From an uncultured Collinsella sp. (lineage in GTDB: Bacteria > Actinomycetota > Coriobacteriia > Coriobacteriales > Coriobacteriaceae), in contig UQZI01000001.1 of assembly GCA_900545555.1 (NCBI GenBank), forward strand, positions 13,413-77,412: 64,000 nucleotides of DNA, read 5' to 3'. The notes under the pieces are model-generated. The model was not told where the DNA came from. It searched no databases and saw nothing but the letters and a program-made list of their open reading frames with translations. Shown here in pieces: positions 39,856 through 47,133 of this stretch. Position numbers and translations under genes: made by a program. Within the stretch, counting starts at the first letter, position 1, and the number at the start of each line of letters is the position of its first letter.

Positions 39856-41598
39856 ATGGCGAACGACAGCAAGACATGGCGGTGCGGAAAGTATGAGCTC
39901 AGCTTTGACCGTCCGCGCATCATGGGCGTCCTCAACGTGACGCCCGATTCGTCTAGCGATGGCGGGGAGCACTTCGACCCGGACGCCGCGATCGAGTATG
40001 GCCTGGCGATGCTCGACGCCGGCGCCGACATCATCGACGTAGGCGGCGAGTCCACGCGCCCCGGCTTTACCCCGGTTAATCCCGACGAGGAGGCTCGCCG
40101 CGTGCTGCCCGTGGTGCGCGCGCTGGCCAAAGAGGGCGCCATCGTCTCGATCGACACGCGTCATGTGGCGGTTGCCAAGGCGGCCGTGCGCTGCGGTGCC
40201 TCGATCGTCAACGACGTGACCGGCTTCACCGACCCCAAGATGGTCGAGTTTGTTAAGACGAGCACCTGCGGCGTCATCGTGGTGCATGCCGGCGAGGTCG
40301 CCGCGCCCGCGCGCACGCACGCAACGGTGCAGCTCGATACCTCGGCAGCGGCGTTTGTTGCCGAGAAAGCACGCGAGGCGGCTGCCGAGGCCGCGCGCGA
40401 GGCCGAGAAGCCGGCCCGTCGCCGTCGCGGCAAGTTGCTGGGTGAGCCTAAGCCGGAGGCCAAGCTTCCGGGTGGCGTGGTGCAGCCTTCGTTGCCGTTT
40501 GGTGAACCGGAGCCCACGTCCGAGCCCGCAAGCGAGCAGGAGACGCCGGCCGCCGAGCAGGCTGCTGCCGCCGAGACCGTCGCGCCCGCGCCCGAAACCG
40601 TGCCCGCAGCTACCGAAGCCGCGCCAGAGCCCAGCGACCGCCTGGCCGCCATGATGCGCCGCAGCGCCCGCCGCGAGGAAGCCTACGTGCCCACCTCGCA
40701 GCTCCGCCGCTTCACCCTGCCCGATTCGGCGCCCATCATGCGCCGCGTCATGGGCTTTCTGTCCGACCAGGCCCGCGCGCTCATCCACGCCGGCGTGTCG
40801 CGCGACCGCATCTGCATCGATCCCGGTCCGGGCTTTGGTAAGTCGGCTAACGAGGACATCGTCATCCAGCGCGAGACTGCCAAGATGGCGTCACTGGGCT
40901 ATCCGCTCATGTGCGCCGTATCGCGCAAGCGCTTTGTGGGCGCCGTCTCGGGCGTGACCGAGGCCGCCGAGCGCGATGCCGCTACGTTTGGCGTGTGCCT
41001 GGGCGCCATCCAGGCCGGTGCCAACATCGTGCGCGTGCACGACGCCGCGGGCTTTGCGCAGTTCCTGAACGGCTACTGGGCGGTTGCCAAGCCGCAGCCG
41101 CGCCGCGCGTTTGTGGCCGTGGGATCCAACTTGGGGCATCGCTGCGACAACATCCGCGCCGCACGCGACATGATCGCCGAGATTCCACTTACCTGCGTGT
41201 CCAACTCCTCCAAGATCTACGAGAGCGAGCCGGCCTACGAGATGCGCCAGGACGCGTTTGCCAACGCCGTCATCGAGATCAAGACCGAGCTGGCGCCGTT
41301 GGTGCTGCTCGACGAGCTCATGAAGATCGAGGCCGAGCTGGGCCGCGACCGCTCCAAAAAGGCCAAGGCCAACGGCCCGCGCACCATCGACCTGGACCTG
41401 CTGTGGATGGACGGCGAGACCCACGGCGGCAAAAAGCTGCGCCTGCCGCATCCGCTCATTGGCGAGCGCGACTTCGTGCTGGTGCCGCTCGAGGATCTGA
41501 TGCACGACCCGGCGCGGTTCTTCCGCTACAACGGCGTCGAGGTCAAGGAGCCCGAGGACCGCGTGGGCCATATTGTGGGCGAATTGGGGCGTATGTAG
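39856..41598 (+). CDS. folP: Dihydropteroate synthase (FolP) fused to C-terminal HPPK (FolK), with a long internal low-complexity insertion
   Basis: DHPS motifs MGVLNVTPDS.SDGG, DVGGESTRPG, SIDT, NDVTG, IDPGPGFGK, SRK and VRVHD, then HPPK motifs VGSNLG, FANAV, GPRTIDLDLL and LPHP...ERDFVLVPL. AGGAGG RBS. Confidence 0.9.
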   Translation: MANDSKTWRCGKYELSFDRPRIMGVLNVTPDSSSDGGEHFDPDAAIEYGLAMLDAGADIIDVGGESTRPGFTPVNPDEEARRVLPVVRALAKEGAIVSIDTRHVAVAKAAVRCGASIVNDVTGFTDPKMVEFVKTSTCGVIVVHAGEVAAPARTHATVQLDTSAAAFVAEKAREAAAEAAREAEKPARRRRGKLLGEPKPEAKLPGGVVQPSLPFGEPEPTSEPASEQETPAAEQAAAAETVAPAPETVPAATEAAPEPSDRLAAMMRRSARREEAYVPTSQLRRFTLPDSAPIMRRVMGFLSDQARALIHAGVSRDRICIDPGPGFGKSANEDIVIQRETAKMASLGYPLMCAVSRKRFVGAVSGVTEAAERDAATFGVCLGAIQAGANIVRVHDAAGFAQFLNGYWAVAKPQPRRAFVAVGSNLGHRCDNIRAARDMIAEIPLTCVSNSSKIYESEPAYEMRQDAFANAVIEIKTELAPLVLLDELMKIEAELGRDRSKKAKANGPRTIDLDLLWMDGETHGGKKLRLPHPLIGERDFVLVPLEDLMHDPARFFRYNGVEVKEPEDRVGHIVGELGRM

Positions 41599-42300
41599 AT
41601 GATCGAGATGAATGCTGTTGCCGCCGGTACCGAGCTCGACGCGGCGCGTGATGCGGGCCGCGAGGGCATGTCTGCGGGCTGGTGCGCGCGGAGCGCGGGC
41701 GATGCATCGCTGACGTTTTCGCTGGTCGTGCGCCCCGATGTGAATATGCACGCCTTCCACGGCCTGCCGTTTGTGGCCGCGATGGGCATGATGGACGCGC
41801 TCGTGGGCACGGCATCGACGCCGGGCCTGGGCCTTGCCGGTAAGGTGGGTATCCAGTGGCCGAGTGACATCGTGTGCGGTGCGCCTGCGTTTGAGGCGTC
41901 GCTCGCGCGTGTTGCCGTGAACGGCGGTGCCGGTGCTGCGGGCATGTTTGCCGCGGTGACGGTTGATATTGAGCGTGCGGCGCTGGGTGAGCTTGGTGTG
42001 GATATGGCAGATGAGGCGCTGATCGAGGCATTGGCCGCCGCCGTGCTGGTCCGCGTGGACACCTGGGCGGTTGCCGCCAACACACCACAGGGCGCTGCCG
42101 GCCCGCTGGCTCCGGTGCTGGGCGAGTACTTTGACATGGTGCCACTGTTGGGTCGTCAGGTCGCGGCGGTGTCGCCCAACGGTTTGCCGCTTGCGGTCGG
42201 TGTGTTTGCGGGCCTGGACATCTGGGGTCGCGCGACCATCAAGACCGATGCCGGCGAGCAGGAGTTTCCGCCCGAGGCCGTACGGATTCGCGGACTGTAA
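41599..42300 (+). CDS. Degenerate biotin-protein-ligase (BirA)-like protein
   Basis: LTFSLVVRP, IQWPSDI (cf. KWPND) and an SH3-like C-terminus (GVFAGLDIWGRATI). GRGR and K..GIL motifs are not evident. Confidence 0.65.
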   Translation: MIEMNAVAAGTELDAARDAGREGMSAGWCARSAGDASLTFSLVVRPDVNMHAFHGLPFVAAMGMMDALVGTASTPGLGLAGKVGIQWPSDIVCGAPAFEASLARVAVNGGAGAAGMFAAVTVDIERAALGELGVDMADEALIEALAAAVLVRVDTWAVAANTPQGAAGPLAPVLGEYFDMVPLLGRQVAAVSPNGLPLAVGVFAGLDIWGRATIKTDAGEQEFPPEAVRIRGL

Positions 42301-42337
42301 CGCGAGGCGCCCGCGCTCAAAGATAACGATGACAACG

Positions 42338-42369
42338 AAGCCCTCTTCGGCCTGTGCCGGGGAGGGTTT
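42338..42369 (+). terminator. Terminator-like hairpin
   Basis: AAGCCCTCTTCGGC...GCCGGGGAGGGTTT. Confidence 0.55.
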
Positions 42370-42398
42370 CGCCTATCTGGGGAATGGGTTGCCAGCGC

Positions 42399-42526
42399 CC
42401 TATTCCTCAAAACTGAAAAATTTTCGTTTTTGAGGAATAGGAAACATGCACGATATCGCTGCGCTGGGCGTATTCGAGGAGTCTCTATTCCTCAAAATTG
42501 AAAATTTTTCGTTTTTGAGGAATAGG
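42399..42526. repeat. Doublet of 43-bp palindromes, 85-bp period
   Basis: CTATTCCTCAAAA-N15-TTTTGAGGAATAG within 42399-42441 and 42484-42526. Confidence 0.85.
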
Positions 42527-42582
42527 CTTGGCGAACGTTTGCGGGGCTGTGACATCGGGCGTGCTCGACTTAAGCCCCTGCT

Positions 42583-43356
42583 CTATCCCAGCTCCTGCAT
42601 GCGGCGGTAGATTTCGCAGATGCCCTTGATGGTGAGTTGGCCGTCGACCACGTCGAAGGCGTCGGTCGAATCGGCGACGATGCCGGCGAGACCGCCCGTG
42701 GCGATAACGGTGGCATCCTCGCGGCCCAGCTCGCGCTTCATGCGCGCGACCAGGCCCTCGGCCATGGCGGCAGCGCCCACCACGGCGCCGACCTTAATGC
42801 ACTCCTCGGTATCGCGACCGATGGCGTGCTCGGGCGCCTCGAGCGGCACGCTGGCGAGCTTGGCGGCTCGGGTGGCAAGCGCGTCCATGGAGATGCGGAT
42901 GCCCGGCGCGATCGCCCCACCAATGTAATAACCGTCCTCATCGATGACGTCGATATTGGTCGCGGTGCCAAAGTCCACCACGATTGCCGGCGCGCCGTAG
43001 AAAGTCTCGGCCGCAACGGCGTTGGCGACGCGGTCGGCACCAACGGCCTGGGGGCGCGCCGCCCGCAGCTTGGTCACCGCGGCCGTCTGTGGCCCAATGA
43101 CGATGGCGTCTGCCGCGATGCGGTCGGCCACGGCGTGCCACTCGCGCGAGAGCTGCGGCACCACGCCCGCAAAGGCGATCGCGTCGACCGCGCCGAGCGA
43201 GAGGTCGTACATCTTAAAGAAGCCCATCAGGCGCACGTGGATCTCATCGGCGGTGTAGGAGCGGTCGGTGGGCATGCGCCACGACTGCACCAGCTTGTCT
43301 CCGTCAAACAGGCCCATGGCCGTCTGCGTGTTTCCCATATCGATAGCGAGCAGCAT
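42583..43356 (-). CDS. coaX: Type III pantothenate kinase
   Basis: LAIDMGNT, VGADR, VVDFGTAT..D, GGAIAPG and VIATGG motifs; GGAG RBS before ATG 43356. Confidence 0.95.
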   Translation of the reverse strand: MLLAIDMGNTQTAMGLFDGDKLVQSWRMPTDRSYTADEIHVRLMGFFKMYDLSLGAVDAIAFAGVVPQLSREWHAVADRIAADAIVIGPQTAAVTKLRAARPQAVGADRVANAVAAETFYGAPAIVVDFGTATNIDVIDEDGYYIGGAIAPGIRISMDALATRAAKLASVPLEAPEHAIGRDTEECIKVGAVVGAAAMAEGLVARMKRELGREDATVIATGGLAGIVADSTDAFDVVDGQLTIKGICEIYRRMQELG

Positions 43357-43492
43357 GTCTACTCCCGGTGTCGGCATAAAAGGACGCGCACCATTGTATA
43401 CGTGCCGTCGACGGCGCTCGGCTGCGATTCGTTTACGGTGATAGGGGCTGAGGGGTTTAAATATGAAGAAATTATGCTCTACGAGATTTTCC

Positions 43493-43521
43493 TTGCCGTT
43501 TACCGAACTCCCACGTAATAT
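43493..43521 (+). promoter_or_regulatory. Sigma70-type promoter for tRNA
   Basis: TTGCCG-N17-TAATAT about 30 nt upstream of the tRNA, with an AT-rich upstream tract. Confidence 0.6.
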
Positions 43522-43552
43522 TCTTTCTTGCGCACATGAGGCGCCCAGACAT

Positions 43553-43629
43553 TGCGGGGTGGAGCAGTCTGGTAGCTCGCCGGGCTCATAACCCGGAGGT
43601 CGTAGGTTCAAATCCTGCCCCCGCGACCA
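43553..43629 (+). tRNA. tRNA-Met(CAT), initiator type
   Basis: 77-nt cloverleaf with CCGGG-CTCATAA-CCCGG anticodon arm (3 consecutive G-C pairs), GGTTCAAATCC T-arm, encoded CCA and a weak U1-G72 first pair. Confidence 0.95.
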
Positions 43630-43638
43630 AGAACTTGC

Positions 43639-43668
43639 AGCTCGTCGGCCTAGCCGGCGAGCTTTTTT
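43639..43668 (+). terminator. Terminator after tRNA
   Basis: AGCTCGTCGGC-CTA-GCCGGCGAGCT followed by TTTTT. Confidence 0.8.
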
Positions 43669-43719
43669 GTTATTCCGGGACCGTGTTTTTCGGTCCAATT
43701 CTCAGCCTCTCAAACAAAA

Positions 43720-43936
43720 TCTCGATCTGTAACATCTAGACCCGATTTGGGCGGCTAGGTGTTACAGATTGAGATGTTGAGTCCCCGCCTGGACGGTTTG
43801 TCTAAATCTGTAACACGAGGGATGGATTTTGCCGAGTAACTGTTACAGATTGAGATTTTCTGCCGGGACGGTTTTGGTTTGTCTCAATCTGTAACAGTTG
43901 CTCGGCAAAATAGGGTCTTACTGTTACAGATCGAGA
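43720..43936. repeat. Array of three 55-bp palindromic units (81-bp period)
   Basis: TCTMRATCTGTAACA-N25-TGTTACAGATYGAGA at 43720-43774, 43801-43855 and 43882-43936; same family as 27686-27901. Confidence 0.9.
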
Positions 43937-44077
43937 CAAACCGACGGGCCGTCCGCTCCATCCACCTGCCGCCACCTGATATTCGCCGATTTTCGTTGTG
44001 CCGCTGTACCTCCATGCCATATCCTCTAGACAACTACGCGGCAACATCGCCGCCGCGCCTACAAGAGAGGAATGTCC

Positions 44078-46108
44078 ATGACCGCACCTGCATCCAAGCT
44101 GCTCCAGCCCATTACGGTTGGCCCCCTTGAGCTCAAGAACCGCATTATGTTCCCGCCGCTTACCACCGGCTACGAGGAGCGCGACGGTTCCATTGGCGAG
44201 CGCAGCCTGGCTTTTTACGAGCGCCTGGCCCGTGGCGGCGTGAGCTACATCGTCATCGGCGACGTCGCTCCCGTCATGACCGCGAGCCCCACGCCCAAGC
44301 TGGCGACCGACGCTCAGATTCCCACGTTTAAGGCGCTGGCCGACGCCGTCCACAAGCACGGCGCCAGGGTCGCGCTGCAGCTGTTCCACCCCGAGTACGA
44401 CGTGCCCGGTGTCGGCCGCATGGTCATGGGTTCCATGGCCGCCGCCAAGGCCGCGCAGGAGGCCAAGGCCGCCGGCGACGAGGAGACCTTCGCCGCCAAG
44501 ATGGCCGAGTCCAACGAGATCCGCAAGCAGGCCTACGCCAAGTTGCACCACGATATGCAGCACTTTGTGAACGAGGCGAGCGTAGAGCAGCTCACCCAGA
44601 TCAAGGAGGCCATCGCCGCCTCGGCCGCCCGCGCGCAGCAGGCCGGCATCGACGCCATCGAGGTTCACGGCGACCGTCTGGTGGGTTCGCTGTGCTCGGC
44701 CATCCTCAACCAGCGCACCGACGAGTACGGTGGCTCGTTCGAGAACCGCGTTCGCTATGCGCTCGAGGTCGTCGCCGCCATTAAGGAAGCCGCGCCGCAG
44801 CTGATGGTGGAGTACAAGCTCCCCGTGATCATGGAGAACCCCGACGGCACGCCGCGCGGCAAGGGTGGCCTGCAGCCCGACGAGGCCTGCGAGTTCGCCA
44901 AGCTGCTCGAGGGCGCGGGCATCGACATGATCCAGGTCGCGCAGGCCAACCACACCGGCAACATGGGCGACACCATTCCGCCCATGGGTGCCATGCCCTA
45001 CAACTGGACGCTGCCGGTGGCCGAGCGCGTCAAGGCCCTGGTCTCCGTGCCGGTGGCCACCGTCGGCCGTGTTGTTTCGGTCGAGGCCGGCGAGAAGATT
45101 CTTGAGGACGGCGCGGCCGACATTATCGCCTATGGCCGCTCGCTCATGTGCGACCCCGACATTGCGCTGAAGGCCGCCACGGGCGAGCCCATCCGCGAGT
45201 GCCTCAACTGCAACAAGGGCTGCGTCGACGCGATTCAAAACCGCAAGTACATCTCGTGCGTGCTCAATGCCGAGAACGGCGACGAGGCGACCATCGCCAT
45301 TAAACCGGGTGAGGGCGACAAGAAGATCGCCGTGGTGGGCGGCGGCATCGCCGGCCTGGAGGCCGCGCGCGTGGCGGCCAAACGCGGCTACGACGTGACC
45401 GTCTATGAGGCGAGCGATCACTTGGGCGGCCAGATTGTGCTGGCGGCCGCGCCTCCGCGCAAGGATGAGATTATGCGCTCGGTCGAGTATTACGAGAAGA
45501 TTCTGCCCGGCCTGGGCGTGAAGGTTGAGCTCAACCATGCCGCTAACCCCACGGATCTCAACGCCGCCGACGCCGCGATTGTGGCTGTGGGCGCGCACGA
45601 CGTGGTCATCCCCGTTCCGGGTGCCGACTCGGACAAGGTCGTCTCGAGCTGGGACGTGCTGGCCGGCAAGGTGGAGCTCAGCGGGCGCGTCGCCGTCATT
45701 GGCGGTGGCCTGGTGGGCACCGAGACTGCCGAGTACCTGCTGCAGCACGGCTGCGAGGTGGCGATCGTCGAGATGCTCGACAAGATTGCCGCAGGCGAGT
45801 CCGAGACCATTCTGCCGCTGATTATGAGCGACTTTGCAGAGCACAACGTGGAGCAGCACGTTAAGACCCGCCTGACCGCCATTACCGACGAGGGCGTGGA
45901 GGCCGTTCGCACCACCGAGGACGGCGCCGAGGAGCCGGTGAAGATCGCCTGCGATTACGTGGTGATGGCCGTGGGCTCCAAGGCCAACGCGTTTGACCTG
46001 GACGGCGTGACGGTGCCCGTGACCTGCGTGGGCGACTGCTCGGGCGAGCGCACCGCCGATATTGCGAGCGCCATCCGCACGGCGTATCACGCGGCCAACG
46101 AGCTGTAG
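44078..46108 (+). CDS. bilR: Old Yellow Enzyme-family FMN/4Fe-4S/FAD oxidoreductase with HGDR motif; probable bilirubin reductase (long form)
   Basis: LKNRIMFPPLTTGY, EVHGDRL, NQRTDEYGGSFENR, CLNCNKGC...C cluster and two Rossmann motifs (GGGIAG, GGGLVG). GAGAGG RBS. Confidence 0.8.
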   Translation: MTAPASKLLQPITVGPLELKNRIMFPPLTTGYEERDGSIGERSLAFYERLARGGVSYIVIGDVAPVMTASPTPKLATDAQIPTFKALADAVHKHGARVALQLFHPEYDVPGVGRMVMGSMAAAKAAQEAKAAGDEETFAAKMAESNEIRKQAYAKLHHDMQHFVNEASVEQLTQIKEAIAASAARAQQAGIDAIEVHGDRLVGSLCSAILNQRTDEYGGSFENRVRYALEVVAAIKEAAPQLMVEYKLPVIMENPDGTPRGKGGLQPDEACEFAKLLEGAGIDMIQVAQANHTGNMGDTIPPMGAMPYNWTLPVAERVKALVSVPVATVGRVVSVEAGEKILEDGAADIIAYGRSLMCDPDIALKAATGEPIRECLNCNKGCVDAIQNRKYISCVLNAENGDEATIAIKPGEGDKKIAVVGGGIAGLEAARVAAKRGYDVTVYEASDHLGGQIVLAAAPPRKDEIMRSVEYYEKILPGLGVKVELNHAANPTDLNAADAAIVAVGAHDVVIPVPGADSDKVVSSWDVLAGKVELSGRVAVIGGGLVGTETAEYLLQHGCEVAIVEMLDKIAAGESETILPLIMSDFAEHNVEQHVKTRLTAITDEGVEAVRTTEDGAEEPVKIACDYVVMAVGSKANAFDLDGVTVPVTCVGDCSGERTADIASAIRTAYHAANEL

Positions 46109-46556
46109 CTAACATCGCGGCGGGGCGGGGCGGTAGCACGGATCCGCCTCGCCCGGCTGCGTCCCGTCGGGTGTCAACCGGTGTGGGGCCTGCAAGCGCA
46201 GCAGGCCCCGCCCTTTTTGTTTTGCTCCGGTGGATGGCAATGCGCGGTAATCATGAGGAGTAAGGACGTCTACTGCCTTGCCGATTGCTCAAAATTATTG
46301 GGGGAGGGGTTAATAACTATATCCTCTATGCCAAAGGACATAAAGAGATGTCAATTTTGTTGACAAGCGAATGACGATTAGCTGCGAGCCAGCTACCAGC
46401 GTAAATAATCGATAAAGAAATGTCGTAAATTGGTGCCAAATGCCCAGATAACACCGCGTCTATTTTAATTAACTGCTTTGAGCAAACAGTAAAATGCTAC
46501 TATCTAACTTGCACGTAAGAAAGCAGATTAACGGTTAAGGCTAAGAAGTGGCAGGT

Positions 46557-46952
46557 ATGTCGGAAGCAACTAGGATTCGCACGCATGCGCCCGAGGTTAG
46601 GCAGCGCGCCGTCGAGATCCTCCAAGAGGGGGTCGGTCATCGCGCCCTCGCCGCGGAGCTCGGCATTCCCCAGGCCACGGCTCGTCAGTGGGCCCGCGCA
46701 TATGCCGTGGGCGGTGCCGACGCCGTTCTCAACGCCGGTTCGCATCATCACACCTATTCGTACGAAGTTAAGCTCGCCGTGGTTAAGGACCGCTTGGAAA
46801 ACGGCTTAACGGTTCGCGAGGCCATGATCAAGCACAAGATTCCCAGCGAGTCTTCGGTCAAGGCTTGGTGCCGCCAGTATCGCGAGAGCGGTGAATCCGC
46901 GCTGGTCGATAAGCCGCGCGGTCGCAAGCCGCGCGTTAAAAAGGCGGAATAG
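46557..46952 (+). CDS. Tandem helix-turn-helix protein resembling IS3/IS150-family OrfA, with no OrfB
   Basis: Two HTH units (ALAAELGIPQATARQW and YSYEVKLAVV...KAWCRQYRESG) ending KPRGRKP. AT-rich upstream region with TGcTACTAT at 46495-46503. Confidence 0.75.
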   Translation: MSEATRIRTHAPEVRQRAVEILQEGVGHRALAAELGIPQATARQWARAYAVGGADAVLNAGSHHHTYSYEVKLAVVKDRLENGLTVREAMIKHKIPSESSVKAWCRQYRESGESALVDKPRGRKPRVKKAE

Positions 46953-46963
46953 CGAACGGGATG

Positions 46964-46988
46964 GTGCGCCCACAGGGGCGCATTTTTC
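46964..46988 (+). terminator. Terminator-like hairpin after HTH gene
   Basis: GTGCGCCC-ACAG-GGGCGCAT followed by TTTT. Confidence 0.6.
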
Positions 46989-47133
46989 TTGCCGCTCCTC
47001 TGCTCCAATGCGGACAGACTCCTTGCCCCGTACGTCTAAAACTCCCCAGTTGACCGAAAACCCGCCGCCGCTACTCCTCAATTGAGCTATAACGTTAAAC
47101 AATTGCAGCGTTTTTGCATGGGGGAGTGATGGT

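Noticed and set aside
43553..46108. Genomic island integrated at tRNA-Met
   Set aside because: No integrase is present, no duplicated tRNA 3' end was noticed in the window, and the downstream gene has host-like codon usage.
46557..46952. Complete IS3-family insertion sequence
   Set aside because: No OrfB/DDE domain, terminal inverted repeats or target duplication were found.
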